From NCBI GenBank assembly GCA_963921275.4, contig OZ001293.3:4672001-4736000 (forward strand): DNA of 64,000 nucleotides, written 5' to 3'. Shown here piece by piece: positions 44,230-55,840 of the stretch (position 1 is its first letter; the number at the start of each line of letters is the position of its first letter). Both the position numbers and the translations under genes were made by a program. The DNA is from an uncultured Hormoscilla sp. Lineage in GTDB: Bacteria; Cyanobacteriota; Cyanobacteriia; Cyanobacteriales; Desertifilaceae. The notes beneath the pieces are model-generated. The model saw nothing but the letters and a program-made list of their open reading frames with translations, searched no databases and was not told the DNA's origin.

Positions 44230-44813
44230 CCACTTTTAATAATCCCGATTATTTTCCCCACCTGATTGATAAAATACTCCTGCAAGTCAATGGTAATTAC
44301 TTGTTCTTCTAGTTTCATAAACTTCCAGACACTGCCAGTTGTGACTACTTAGACTGTCTTGATGTTATTCTCTTTCCCCTGATTAAACAATTGAGCAGCA
44401 ATCATTTCTGCCATACATTGTGCTAATCCTGATTCAATTTTATCATTTTTAGCTTCCACTATCGTAACTACGGGAGCTTCAATGAATAGTTGTTCGGGAG
44501 ACATGCTAATTAAAAAATCACAAAATCCACTCAAACCTTTTTCTGTATCTACTTCAAAATCATTACCGGAAAATAAGCTAACAGCTTCCGATAACAGCTT
44601 TCTAATTTATATTAAAATTGGCGTAACGATCATCTCAGATAGGGCTTTCTCAAAAGCAATAGATAAGGCCAAAGGTATATTATACCGGAGCGTTTCAGTC
44701 AAGTAATTACTGTACTTAACTTCTGGAAAATTGGCAAAAATGCCCGCAGTTTCCACAATGGTGATTCCGAAAGTTGTCTTGAGGCTTTCTAGGGTGAATT
44801 GACTGTAGGACAT
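44230..44813 (-). pseudogene. Conserved cyanobacterial PD-(D/E)xK-like hypothetical protein, disrupted
   Basis: MSYSQFTL..., GFCDFLIS, IVEAK, GLAQCMAEMIAAQ, VTTGSVWKF split across frames and stops. Confidence 0.7.
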
Positions 44814-45031
44814 AAAATTTGAGACTCTTTTGATATCATCTTGACCATATTATAGCTGAAAATCTTATCCCCTTCGATGTCCCCCAGAGGGGACGCGCTA
44901 TTCGCACTGCGCAGAGCACATCGCAGAGACATCGGGATCTCCTAACAGGGGAATGTCCTTAATAAGAAGGCCCGGGTAAGGACTTTAGTCCTTACTACGA
45001 ACGGACGATATTCTCTATTTTCTATTCTCAA

Positions 45032-46069
45032 TTAACACATGGCCAGCAGAGTCACTTCCCAAACAAGTCGGGGTTGAGCATAACTGAGCAGGTATTTGCG
45101 AGCTGTTTCAAGCTGTTGCAGGACATCTGATCGCGTAGCGTGCGCGCAGCGCAATCGACAGTCCTGTTGCCAGTAGCTATGCTGTAAATAATCAACTAAC
45201 CAGAGTTGAGCTTCTGTGTCAAGGTTTTGGTTAATTTCCTTTGCTAATTCTAAAGCATCTCGGAGAGTATTGGGCGGTGTCTCGTGGGTAGTGCGATCGT
45301 GCAGGACACGTAGCCCGGTGCGCGCAGTGCGAGTAGCGCTCCCACGAGACACCGGAAGATGGCGCAGTCGGGATAGCAGTTCTGCTGGTATAGCCTGGAG
45401 TTGGGCAAAACAGGCGATCGCCTCTCCAGGACTCCCCTGTGCCATTGCCATTATCTGGTCTTGCTGTAAGATCTCTTCATAACCCAATTGTCGCAATATT
45501 TGACTCATTTGTGCTTTAGGGAGCCGATAAAAAGGAATTCTAGCACATCGCGATCGAATTGTCGGCAATAAGTCAGACGAGGCTAGCAAAATGATGGTAG
45601 CACTTCCTGGTTCTTCCAATGTTTTGAGTAAACTATTAGCAGCTGCTTCTGCCATTGTGGGAGCTTGTTCTATTACTACCACATGTCGCGGTGCTTTTAG
45701 AGGCGATCGGCTGATAAAACTGGCAATTTCTCGCACTTGCTCAATTCTAATCTGGGGAAGCGCTTTCCGTTTTAAACCCGCAGCAGCAGCTTCTTGAGCA
45801 GACAATAGTTGACCCTGATGCTGATAGGTTGGTTCCACCCACAATACATCAGGATGATTGCCATCTCGTACAAGTTTCTGGATTTTGGTATGCTCTGAAC
45901 TGGGAGCACGATCGCAAAACATGGCTTCGATAAAACACTTGACTGCTATACTCTTGCCCACACCATCGGGACCCGCAAATAAATAAGCTGGGGCCAGGCG
46001 CTGACGGGCGATCGCTTCCCTTAAAAACTTTACCGCCTGTTCTTGCCCGATCACTCTCTCAAAAGGCAT
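45032..46069 (-). CDS. holB: DNA polymerase III delta' subunit, with two in-frame micro-insertions
   Basis: AYLFAGPDGVGKS, NHPD, AANSLLKTLEEP, LLPTIRSRC. Confidence 0.92.
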   Translation of the reverse strand: MPFERVIGQEQAVKFLREAIARQRLAPAYLFAGPDGVGKSIAVKCFIEAMFCDRAPSSEHTKIQKLVRDGNHPDVLWVEPTYQHQGQLLSAQEAAAAGLKRKALPQIRIEQVREIASFISRSPLKAPRHVVVIEQAPTMAEAAANSLLKTLEEPGSATIILLASSDLLPTIRSRCARIPFYRLPKAQMSQILRQLGYEEILQQDQIMAMAQGSPGEAIACFAQLQAIPAELLSRLRHLPVSRGSATRTARTGLRVLHDRTTHETPPNTLRDALELAKEINQNLDTEAQLWLVDYLQHSYWQQDCRLRCAHATRSDVLQQLETARKYLLSYAQPRLVWEVTLLAMC

Positions 46070-46103
46070 AATTTTTCATTTTGTTCTTGTAAATTTTTAA
46101 TTT

Positions 46104-46871
46104 TTAATTTTCGATAATTTGCCATTTAGTTAAGTATTCTGTTATAATGGTTTGGATATGGGCTTGGACTTGGGACTGGGAACCGCTAGCATCAACTCGG
46201 ATAATGCGATCTTGTTCTTTTGCCAATTGAGCAAATCCCCGATATACTCGGCGGTGAAACTCCAAATCAGCTTGCTCCATCCGGTCAGCTTTACCCCGTT
46301 GGCGCGTCCTCAAAAGACCCACCTCCACATCTAAATCTAACCACAAAGTTAGATCGCTGTGCAGACCAAAGCTAGCCATTTGATTGAGTTGCTCGATTTT
46401 ACTCAGACTCAGACCGCGACCATAACCCTGATAGGCTAGAGTCGAATCAGTGAAGCGATCGCACAAAACGATCGTCCCCTTCGCCATCTGAGGCTTGATG
46501 AATTCTTCAACATGTTGAGCTCTGTCGGCTGCATATAACAACAGTTCTGTCATCCCTCCTAGGTCAGAGTCGATGTCTCTGCGATGTGCTCTGCGCGCGC
46601 TATTCGCACTGCGCAGAGCACATCGGGGGTAGTGCGAATTCGGTGTCCCCCCTTTTGTGCTCCTAGCGCTCTCGGGGGACACCGAAAGCTTTTTAGAGAC
46701 ATCGAAGGCGAGCAAAATCTGGCGCAGTTTCTCTCCTAAGGGCGTACCTCCAGGTTCTCTGGTGACCGCAACGCGATCGGTCCGGCAGCGCAACCACTGG
46801 TACAGCAGCTGGATCTGAGTTGTCTTACCACTACCTTCGGTTCCCTCAAAGACGATCAGTTTTCCCTGCAT
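46104..46871 (-). CDS. tmk: Thymidylate kinase, with a 44-codon in-frame palindromic insertion
   Basis: FEGTEGSGKTTQ, TREPGGT, ELLLYAADRAQH, DRFTDST.AYQGYGR. Confidence 0.93.
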   Translation of the reverse strand: MQGKLIVFEGTEGSGKTTQIQLLYQWLRCRTDRVAVTREPGGTPLGEKLRQILLAFDVSKKLSVSPESARSTKGGTPNSHYPRCALRSANSARRAHRRDIDSDLGGMTELLLYAADRAQHVEEFIKPQMAKGTIVLCDRFTDSTLAYQGYGRGLSLSKIEQLNQMASFGLHSDLTLWLDLDVEVGLLRTRQRGKADRMEQADLEFHRRVYRGFAQLAKEQDRIIRVDASGSQSQVQAHIQTIITEYLTKWQIIEN

Positions 46872-46961
46872 TTATAATTATATGGTAATTTCTCCGGTTG
46901 AGTCTTGGTGCGGCCATAGTTATCATAAAAGAGTCGCACTGTCGAGGTCTTTGAATTTTAT

Positions 46962-47308
46962 ATGGCTCGGTACACTTGTTCTTTCACTGTTGCGCTTCCT
47001 GCCGATCATCTCCAGCAGTCTTTGAGTGAGATTCTGGAGTCCTGTAACTTCGAGGTTGTCTACGACAAAGTCGACTATATCAGGGTCGTGAGTTCCCCGG
47101 TCAAGTCTCCTTTACCAAGCTAGTGGAAGTAGAATTTCTGATTGACAGCACCACTGCTACCGAAACGGAACTGAAATTCAATTTAGTCATGAAAAACGAC
47201 GAACTGGCCCTAAAACTGGACAACCACTGTCGGCAAATGTTCGATCGCCTGACTAGGGCAATCGCCGACTCCAACCATTTGCAGCTGATTGAAACTGCGG
47301 TGGGATAG
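46962..47308 (+). pseudogene. Conserved cyanobacterial hypothetical protein, frameshifted near 47085
   Basis: MARYTCSF...SCNFEVVY, continuing KLVEVEFLID...KNDEL...NHCRQMFD in another frame. Confidence 0.6.
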
Positions 47309-47427
47309 ATTTGGGTGCATGTCAGTTGTCAGTTATCAGTTGTTAGTTGTACATTTTGAATTTTGAATGAGAGAATTTTGAGCAGTGCTAATGGTATGTT
47401 AGCAATCAGCCTGTTTATCATCAGACA

Positions 47428-47830
47428 TCATGCTGGGACTGATCGGAGTGATATCGAACTCATCGGCTGGGCTGCTAGCAACTGATTCAGTAAGTAATAG
47501 ATGGCACGCACCTGCGGTCCAAATACAATCTCATCGGAATTTTGCAGGTCATGAGTTACCAGTTTCCGACTGTTAATCAAGATGCCATTAGCACTGCTTT
47601 TCCCTTTCAAATTGCCATCCACTATCCGGCAGTAATAGCTTCCATCTTCATGGGGAAGCAGTACCAAGGTAGCATGTCGCGGGGGAGACAAACTGAGAAA
47701 CGAAGCGGATATCACATTGTGCATCTCTGCTAATTGAGTATACAGGGGATGAGAGCGTAAATTCCCGCTTCCCTTTGTCGTCTTCAATAATCAGTTTATG
47801 AGTTTGCTGTGCTGATGAAGCCATTGTCAG
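47428..47830 (-). pseudogene. FHA-domain protein remnant
   Basis: RHATL, IVDGNLKGKSSANG, HDLQNSDEIVFG; disrupted frames. Confidence 0.7.
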
Positions 47831-47914
47831 GATGTTTCAGGAATTGTTCTAGATCAACAAAAGTGGCGACATCCTCTCTCACGATCGCGAAAGTGGCTGT
47901 TTTTCCCCATACTG

Positions 47915-49770
47915 CTATTTTAGCATTCCCATCGAGAGCCGCACTTCTGCTATTACCTCGTCCGATGTTATTCCGATGGATCTGGCGATCGTATTTGCTG
48001 TCTTTTGTCTATCTCCTGTGAGCATTTTCACTTTTAATCCCATCTGCCGCAACTCTTCTATTGTTGTTTTGGCATCTGGCCTTAGTTGGTCCCTTACTGC
48101 TATCAATCCCCCTATTCTACCCTCTACTGCTACATATACTATTGTTTTACTCAACTCTGCCCAGCCTTGGGCCATTTTTTCCTCTTTTTTAACATCAATC
48201 TCATGCTTTGTCAAGCATTCTCTAGTTCCCAGAAGCACCAATTGACCATCCACCCAAGCCGATACTCCCAGTCCCGATACTGTGCAAAAGTCCTGGGCTC
48301 TTGGGATGGGCAAGTCTTGGGCGATCGCGGCTTGGGTGATGGCCTGAGCCAAAGGATAATTGCTGCCAGTTTCTACCGCTGCTGCTATTTGTAACAGAGA
48401 TTGTCGATCGTAGCCTGTACCAATGGGTAGAGAATCTGTGACAGTAGGCTTTCCAGTAGTGAGGGTGCCAGTTTTATCGAACGCCACTAGATCCAGCTGA
48501 TGAACCAGTTCCAGCACGTCACCCCCCTTGATTAAAATTTCCCGTTGGGCTCCCAGGCCAGTACCCACCAGGATCGCCGTCGGAGTGGCCAGTCCTAAAG
48601 CACAGGGACAGGCCACCACCAAAACCGCGATCGCTAGCTTTAAGCTCAACAACAGGGGAGTTTGATGAATCAGCTGGTGATGTCCCATTGTTGGCATCAA
48701 GACATGAGGCCAGATCTGAGTTCCCACAAAATACCAGAACCCGAAAGTCAGTGCTGCCACTGTCATCACTCCATAAGCAAAGTATCCAGCTACCCTATCT
48801 GCCAATTGCTGCACGGGGGCCTTTCTTGTTTGCGCCTCTTCTACCAGGGCGATAATCTGAGCCACAGTAGTATTTTGACCAGTACGGGTGGCCCGCATGG
48901 CAATTACTCCCGACTGGTTCATGGTTCCTGCTGCCACTGCATCTCCCGGTTTTTTTCCTACGGGGACCGATTCTCCCGTGAGCATTGATTCATCTACCGC
49001 AGTTTCTCCCGCCACCACTAACCCATCGGAGGGTATGTTTTCCCCTGGCAACACCCGCAAATACTCACCTACTTTCACATCAAAAGCGGGAATGTCTACT
49101 GATTTTTGGATCTCACCAGTTTCGCTAGGAATCAGATGTGTTATTTTCGGTCTGAGTGCTAGCAAGGATTTTAAGGAAACTGCTGCCTGAGTTTTCGCCT
49201 GTTGTTCCAGGGTACGTCCCAGAAGAATGAAACCCAGCAGCATCACCGGTTCATCAAAGAAGCATTCCCAACCCAGTTGGGGGAATAGCAAGGCTATGCA
49301 GCTAGCCATGTAAGCAGATAGAGTACCCAAACCCACCAGGGTATTCATATTGGGGGCATTTTGCCAGAGTCCCCGCCAGCCATCTATTAATATAGTACGT
49401 CCGGGCAGCAGCAAGGCCAAGGTTGCCAGTCCCCAGTGAAACCAGATATTACTCAGAACAGAGGCATGACCAAAGAAATGACCCATCCTCGATAGGAGGA
49501 TTAGCAAGCCAGCAATTACTAGATTTTTAATTTGTTGCCGAATTTATTCCCGCTGTTGCTGGTCATCCTGGGTTCGGTGTTAATGGGGAGAACGGGGCTG
49601 AGTGGGAAAACCCGCCTTTGTCAACTGCGCTGCCAGGGCCGTGCGATCGACTGTGCCCGCTGCACATTCCACTGCTGCCACAGCTGTTACCAGATTTACA
49701 CAAGCGGAAGATGAGACTTGGTAGAGGGGGAAGACAGGTAGACAAAAAAGATTCTTCAACGAAAGAATAA
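47915..49770 (-). pseudogene. Cu-type P1B ATPase, frameshifted at the 5' end and truncated at the 3' end
   Basis: DESMLTGE, VACPCALGLATP, DKTGTLT, MLTGD; GDGxND and final TM helices missing; HMA remnant (ACVNLVT.VA) upstream. Confidence 0.85.
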
Positions 49771-49880
49771 GCAATTCACTCCCTTGTCTACTTTCCCTCC
49801 TTGTCCCCCAAGTCTTGTCCCAACAGAAAAGTAAAAAACCTACCCCTGTGAGCAGCCCCCAGCTCCCTAAAGCTTAGATC

Positions 49881-50374
49881 GGGTGTGGTCAAAACCCGTT
49901 GGTACACGGCTGGCGCCCCCAGCGTAGCGCCATCGGCCTCGTCGTCCGAACCCGTGCATGGTCCGGCTACTCCGCAACATTGTCCGCCTGCGCGGGCTAT
50001 ATTACATGCATCATCGATGCACCCGACTATCAACTACTTGTGACCGCACCCAATCTAACCGGTGCCCCACTGTTAGGATTTTAAACCTCTCGGTTGGGGT
50101 TTTAAACCTCGATTTTGGAGTTTTAAACCTCGATTTTAAAGTTTTAAACTTTGATTTTGAGGTTTTAAACCTTGATTTTATAATTTTAAACCTTGATTTT
50201 ATGGTTTTAAACCTCGATTTTTGGGTTTTAAACCTTTCGGTTAATGTTTTAAACCTCTCGGTTGGGGTTTTAAACCTTTCGGTTGAGGTTTTAAGTGGTC
50301 TTGCGCCCGTTAGCAACCGTTCACCGTTTTCTGTGAAGAGTTCCCCACTAATACAACTACTTTTGACCACACCA
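49881..50374. mobile_element. Composite MITE with GGGTGTGGTCAAAA ends and an extra internal end at about 50028-50051
   Basis: Left GGGTGTGGTCAAAACCCGTTGGTA; inner TATCAACTACTTGTGACCGCACCC; outer CAACTACTTTTGACCACACC; degenerate 9-bp flanks GCTTAGATC/GTTTAGATG. Confidence 0.7.
50076..50294 (+). repeat. About 10 tandem copies of a 21-nt unit (GGTTTTAAACCTC...), related to 15015-15193
   Basis: Visible 21-nt period; shares the leader AACCGGTGCCCCACTGTT with the 15015 array. Confidence 0.85.
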
Positions 50375-50380
50375 GTTTAG

Positions 50381-51078
50381 ATGCACCCCTTGACAACCCT
50401 GAGTGAAAGTATGACTCCGGAGGATAACTTCAAATTTATCAATGCCTATCTGTCTAACATAGAACCGGCGATCGTCGAAAATCAGGGCTTTATTGATAAA
50501 TACATTGGCGATGAGATTATAACATTGTTTAGCGGTGAGGCCGATAATGCTGTTAAAGCTAGTATTGCTATGTTGCACCGCCTGAGAGAATATAATATCA
50601 AAAGGAAAAGACAGGAACAGATTAGAATTGGGATTGAGATTAATACGGGGGATTTGATGCTGGGGACGATCGGGGGTATTTCCCGCATGGATAGTACAGT
50701 GATTAGCGATGCGGTAAATTTAGCCTCTCGCCTGGAAAACCTGACCAAAGAGTATGGAGTGCCCCTGTTGGTCACTCACCAGACTTGTTCGCGCTTGACA
50801 AATCCAGAGCAATATGATATCAGAAAGATAGACAAAGTACGGGTGAAGGGAAAATCAAAATTGGTGACAGTATATGAGGTGTTTGATGCCGATCGCAAGT
50901 GCGATCTCTCAAGTTGGCGACGCTAGATATGTTTACAGAGGCATTGTCAGTTGATAATCAGTATAATCTCAGTGAAGCGAAATCCTTATTCTCTGATTCC
51001 CTCCGCCATAACCCAGGGGATAAAGTAGCTCAACTTTATCTGCAACGCTGCTGTCAACGGGAGATTGGTGAATGTTAG
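50381..51078 (+). pseudogene. Class III adenylate/guanylate cyclase fragment (5'-truncated, frameshifted near 50910)
   Basis: TTLSE, IDKYIGD, TVISDAVNLASRLE, RVKGK. Confidence 0.85.
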
Positions 51079-51130
51079 TTGTGGGTGGTCAGTGGTTAGT
51101 GGTCAGTAGTTAGTAGTCAGTAGTAAATTT

Positions 51131-52765
51131 TTGATTAAGAATTGTCAGCAATTAGCAATGAACAGAAGAATCACAACAGCAATAATTGGCACGGCAGCAA
51201 TGGCGGCGATCGTGGTGCCAGCGATCGCCTCAATTCCCGATGTGAACGGGACGATCGCAGAGATTACAGTCCGTATAGATGGATACAGAAGGAGAGGCAG
51301 TGGTGTCATAGCTTACAAAAAAGGTAACACTTACTACGTGCTGACCAACACTCATGTAGTAAACCTTCCGGAAACCTACACCATTGTCACAGAAAATGGC
51401 ACCCGTTATTCTGTAGATTCAGGGGACATCCTGTATATGCCCGGAGTAGATTTAGCAGTATTGCCTTTCACTAGCAATGCGGAGTACGGAGTGGCCCAGC
51501 TAGGAGATTCAGATCGCCTGCAAAAGGGAGAAGTAATTCACGTAGCAGGATGGCCCCGATCGGGAGGTTCTTTGCGACAGCGGATATTTATTCACACAGA
51601 AGGGAAATTAACTCAAGGGGGGGCAGCTTTAAGCTATACTAATCTGGTAAGAGCGGGAATGAGTGGCGGTCCGATATTAGACAGTCAGTCAAGGTTAATA
51701 GGCATTAATCGCCTGGTCAGATTAGAGGGTGACACAGATAAAATAGTGGCATCGGGAGTAGCGATTAACAGTTTTTTGAACTGGTGGCAAACGGTACCCC
51801 TGGGGCCAGAACCGACAGTGCCCGCAAATGCTAATGTGACAGGCCCGAACTGGGGAACGGGTGGGGTAGACTTTGCTTTAGCTCAGACCATCGAAGGGGA
51901 AAATGGCTCGATAAGTTCGGTAGCTATTAGTAGCGCCAATGCAGGGCCGGGACAGTTGGTGGCTAGTGGGAATAGTGATGGGAGAATATCGGTGTGGAAT
52001 CTGGCGGACGGGAAATTAATCGCTACTCTGCGGGGTCATGAAAAACCAGTGAATGCTGTAGTAATTAGCCCCGATGGGAAGATGCTAGTCAGTGGCAGTG
52101 ACGATAATACCATAAAAATTTGGAATATGTCCAGTTGGGAACTAAAACGCAGTCTCATAGGACATGCATTGGCAGTGTCGGCCCTGGCGATCGCCCCAGA
52201 TGGTCAAACACTGGTGTCGGGCAGTTGGGACAAAACCATCAAGATTTGGCATCTGACTACAGGGGAGTTGCAAGAGACGATCGCAGGACATTCAGCATTG
52301 GTGAGTGCTTTGACCATAAGTCCGGATGGACGGATTTTAGCCAGTGGGTCTCAGGATAAAACGATCCGCCTGTGGCATCTGCAAACAGCTCAACCCCTGG
52401 ACATCCTGAGAGGACATGGACTGTCCGTGTTAAGTATAGCCATAAGTACAGATGGCCAAACATTAGCCAGTGGCAGCGGGGACGGGACGATCGGGATATG
52501 GAATTTGAGCAAAGGAGAGAGAATCACTACATTGAGAGGGCATACAGATGGGGTTTGGTCTGTTAAAATCAGCCCAGATGGTCGCACAGCGATCAGTGGG
52601 AGCTGGGATAGGTCGATCAAGCTGTGGGATCTGAGCACTATGAGATTGAAGAGGACTCTGGAGGCCCATTCAGGTTATATTAATTCGGTAGCCCTGAGTG
52701 GGGATGGACTCATCCTAGTCAGTGGTGATTGGAATAGTAAAATCAATATTTGGAGAAGAAAGTAA
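51131..52765 (+). CDS. Trypsin-like serine protease + WD40 repeat protein
   Basis: LTNTHV, DLAVL, GMSGGP; about 7 GH...SGSxDxTIxxW repeats; ATG at 51158 is a possible start. Confidence 0.88.
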   Translation: MIKNCQQLAMNRRITTAIIGTAAMAAIVVPAIASIPDVNGTIAEITVRIDGYRRRGSGVIAYKKGNTYYVLTNTHVVNLPETYTIVTENGTRYSVDSGDILYMPGVDLAVLPFTSNAEYGVAQLGDSDRLQKGEVIHVAGWPRSGGSLRQRIFIHTEGKLTQGGAALSYTNLVRAGMSGGPILDSQSRLIGINRLVRLEGDTDKIVASGVAINSFLNWWQTVPLGPEPTVPANANVTGPNWGTGGVDFALAQTIEGENGSISSVAISSANAGPGQLVASGNSDGRISVWNLADGKLIATLRGHEKPVNAVVISPDGKMLVSGSDDNTIKIWNMSSWELKRSLIGHALAVSALAIAPDGQTLVSGSWDKTIKIWHLTTGELQETIAGHSALVSALTISPDGRILASGSQDKTIRLWHLQTAQPLDILRGHGLSVLSIAISTDGQTLASGSGDGTIGIWNLSKGERITTLRGHTDGVWSVKISPDGRTAISGSWDRSIKLWDLSTMRLKRTLEAHSGYINSVALSGDGLILVSGDWNSKINIWRRK

Positions 52766-52848
52766 GCAATTGAAAATTGAAAATTGGGAAACCTATTGAA
52801 AAAAAGGCTCTCAGCTTTTATCCTTAGGCAATGAAAATGGGTGACATC

Positions 52849-52998
52849 CCGCAGCAGAGGTAAGAAGCACCCACCAGATGGCACCAGTCGCAATATTAAG
52901 AAACCCGATGCAAACGGAGAAACCGGGTTTCTGGGCTACTGGTTCAGATGGCCGCAGCAGAGGTGAGAAGCACCCACCAGATGGCACCAGTCGCAATA
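52849..52998 (+). repeat. 47-nt direct repeat x2 (52849-52895, 52952-52998)
   Basis: CCGCAGCAGAGGTRAGAAGCACCCACCAGATGGCACCAGTCGCAATA. Confidence 0.85.
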
Positions 52999-53180
52999 GC
53001 CCGCCACTAAAGGAAAAGAGGCAAGCTATCAGCTCAGGGTAGGCAAATCCAGCTCAAAGGAGTAAAATAGCAGAGAATGAGGGCAAACGCCTATGGCGAT
53101 TACGGCTCTCCTCACTGCCAAGCACAGGTCTCCAGAGATAGGTTGATTGCAGTCAGCAAAAAAATGGTAGGAAATCAGCG

Positions 53181-55625
53181 ATGTTTGAATATTTTACAGA
53201 ACAAGCGATAAAGGTAATAATGCTCGCTCAGGAAGAGGCCCGTCGCCTGGGACATAACTTCGTAGGGACGGAGCAAATCCTCCTGGGTTTAATTGGTGAA
53301 GGGACGGGAATAGCAGCAAAAGTGCTGGGGGAACAGGGTGTAAATCTGAAGGATGTCCGGACGGAGGTAGAAAAAATTATAGGTCGGGGATCGGGGTTCA
53401 CGCCAGTGGAAATTCCGTTTACGCCAAGGGTAAAGCGGATTTTCGAGTCATCCCTGAACGAAGCACGCCAATTGGGACATAATTACATAGGCACGGAACA
53501 CCTGCTGCTGGGACTAATTCAGGACCGGGATGGGGTAGCAGCGAAGGTGTTGCAAAATATGGGGGTTGACCCCAACGCGATGCGCACCCAAGTGATTCGC
53601 ATGCTGGGAGAAGAAGCAGCGGTAAGCGTGGGAGGGAGTTCAAACAATGGCAAAGTCCCCACCCTCGATGAGTTTGGCACGAATCTGACGAAACTGGCAG
53701 GACAGGGGAAACTGGACCCGGTGGTGGGTCGGGAGCCGGAAATTGAACGGGTAATCCAAATTCTGGGTCGCCGCACGAAGAATAATCCAGTGCTGATCGG
53801 AGAACCGGGGGTGGGGAAAACGGCGATCGCGGAAGGACTGGCCCATCGGATTGTCAACAAGAATGTGCCGGAAATCCTAGAAAATAAGCAAATAATTAGC
53901 CTGGAACTGGGAATGCTAGTGGCAGGAACCAGGTTCCGAGGAGAATTTGAAGAGCGGTTGAAGAAAATTATCGAGGAAGTCAGATCGTCGGATAACATTA
54001 TCCTGGTAATTGATGAAATCCATACGATCATAGGGGCGGGCTCGGTAGAAGGAAGCCTGGATGCGGCGAACATCCTCAAGCCAGCATTGGCGAGAGGCGA
54101 AATGCAATGTATTGGGGCCACGACGATGGATGAGTACCGCAAGTATATCGAGCGGGATGCGGCCCTGGAACGTCGGTTCCAACCAGTGAAAGTGGGAGAA
54201 CCCAGCGTGGAAGAGACGATCGAGATTCTCTACGGCCTGCGATCGGCCTACGAACAGCATCACCAACTGAAAATCTCCGATGAAGCGATCGTGGCCGCTG
54301 CTAACCTCTCGGACCGCTATATCTCGGACCGGTTCTTGCCGGATAAGGCGATCGACTTGGTGGATGAAGCAGGTTCCCGGGTCCGGCTGTTCAATTCTAA
54401 ACTGCCGCTAGAGGTGAAGGAACAGAAGCGACAGTTGCGAGAAGTGATTAAGGAAAAAGAGGTGGCGGTCAAGGACCAAGACTTTGATAAGGCGGGAAAA
54501 CTGCGCGATCGGGAGTTAGCAATTAAAGAGGAGATCCAAATCGCTACTAGCAATAAAATAAATATTGCTCCGGTGGTCAGCGCAGAAGACATCGCCCAGA
54601 TCGTATCTTCCTGGACGGGAGTGCCAGTGCTCAAGCTGACGGAATCGGAATCGGAACTGCTGCTGCACATCGAGGATACCCTGCATCAGCGCCTGATCGG
54701 TCAAGAAGAAGCAGTGACGGCTGTATCTCGCGCTATTCGTCGGGCCCGGGTAGGTCTGAAAAACCCCAACCGCCCGATCGCCAGTTTCATCTTTTCGGGA
54801 CCGACGGGTGTGGGCAAAACGGAACTGACAAAAGCTTTAGCAGCCTATTTCTTCGGTTCGGAAGAGGCAATGGTTCGCATAGATATGTCAGAATACATGG
54901 AACGTCACACGGTATCCAAACTGATCGGTGCGCCTCCTGGATTTGTAGGTTATCAGGAAGGGGGTCAACTGACAGAAGCGGTGCGCCGCCGTCCCTACAC
55001 TGTGGTCCTATTCGATGAAATTGAAAAAGCTCACCCGGATGTCTTTAACCTGATGCTGCAAATTTTTGAAGACGGTCGCCTGACGGATGCGAAGGGTCGG
55101 ACTGTGGACTTCAAAAATACCCTGCTGATTATGACCTCTAACATCGGATCCAAGGTGATTGAAAAAGGTGGGGGAGGTTTAGGATTCGAGTTTGAGGAAA
55201 ATAGCGCTGATGCTCAGTATAACCGGATTCGCACTCTGGTAAATGAGGAACTGAAGCAGTATTTCCGCCCCGAGTTCCTCAACCGCTTGGATGAGATTAT
55301 CGTCTTCCGTCAGTTGACCAAAGAACAGGTGAAAGATATCTCGGAGATCATGCTGCGGGAAGTCTTCGGTCGCCTCACGGAACAGGGTATTACTTTAGAA
55401 GTTACCGATACTTTCAAAGAACTCTTGGTCAAGGAGGGATACAACCCCAGCTATGGTGCGCGACCCCTGCGACGGGCGATTATGCGCTTGTTGGAAGATG
55501 TCCTGGCTGAAGAGTTGCTCTCCGGTCGCATCTCTGAGGGCGATCGGGCGATCGTAGATGTTGACGAAGAGGGTAAAGTTAAGGTAACCCGTGCAGAGAA
55601 GAAGCAGTTGCTCTCAGTTAGTTAA
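53181..55625 (+). CDS. clpC: ATP-dependent Clp protease ATP-binding subunit
   Basis: Clp-N repeats, [20 protein letters not shown]-type linker. Confidence 0.96.
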   Translation: MFEYFTEQAIKVIMLAQEEARRLGHNFVGTEQILLGLIGEGTGIAAKVLGEQGVNLKDVRTEVEKIIGRGSGFTPVEIPFTPRVKRIFESSLNEARQLGHNYIGTEHLLLGLIQDRDGVAAKVLQNMGVDPNAMRTQVIRMLGEEAAVSVGGSSNNGKVPTLDEFGTNLTKLAGQGKLDPVVGREPEIERVIQILGRRTKNNPVLIGEPGVGKTAIAEGLAHRIVNKNVPEILENKQIISLELGMLVAGTRFRGEFEERLKKIIEEVRSSDNIILVIDEIHTIIGAGSVEGSLDAANILKPALARGEMQCIGATTMDEYRKYIERDAALERRFQPVKVGEPSVEETIEILYGLRSAYEQHHQLKISDEAIVAAANLSDRYISDRFLPDKAIDLVDEAGSRVRLFNSKLPLEVKEQKRQLREVIKEKEVAVKDQDFDKAGKLRDRELAIKEEIQIATSNKINIAPVVSAEDIAQIVSSWTGVPVLKLTESESELLLHIEDTLHQRLIGQEEAVTAVSRAIRRARVGLKNPNRPIASFIFSGPTGVGKTELTKALAAYFFGSEEAMVRIDMSEYMERHTVSKLIGAPPGFVGYQEGGQLTEAVRRRPYTVVLFDEIEKAHPDVFNLMLQIFEDGRLTDAKGRTVDFKNTLLIMTSNIGSKVIEKGGGGLGFEFEENSADAQYNRIRTLVNEELKQYFRPEFLNRLDEIIVFRQLTKEQVKDISEIMLREVFGRLTEQGITLEVTDTFKELLVKEGYNPSYGARPLRRAIMRLLEDVLAEELLSGRISEGDRAIVDVDEEGKVKVTRAEKKQLLSVS

Positions 55626-55840
55626 TGCCAACCATACACCACCCTCACCCCCTCACAGGGGTAGGTTTTTTACATTTCGGTTCGTTTGAGGGGGTGAGGG
55701 GGTGAGGGGGTGCTCACAGGAGTAGGTTTTTTATTTTTGCTTAATTTTTGTTTTACCAAAAGTCGGAAAGTGGGGGAGTAGTATCAACAAAAGTCAACAC
55801 TTGTTCATAATTTATTAATCAAATTTACCAAGATTAACTA

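Noticed and set aside
49945..49972. Fourth group II intron (TCCGGCTACT resembles reversed domain V)
   Set aside because: Only about 10 nt match; no domain V/VI stems or GTGCG end.
52849..52998. Two-repeat CRISPR
   Set aside because: Only two copies, no typical repeat terminus or hairpin, the spacer is itself a palindromic repeat, and no cas operon is nearby.
53519..54704. Long antisense ORFs over clpC, uvrA, the spondin gene and others
   Set aside because: Shadow frames of well-supported genes with no recognisable motifs.
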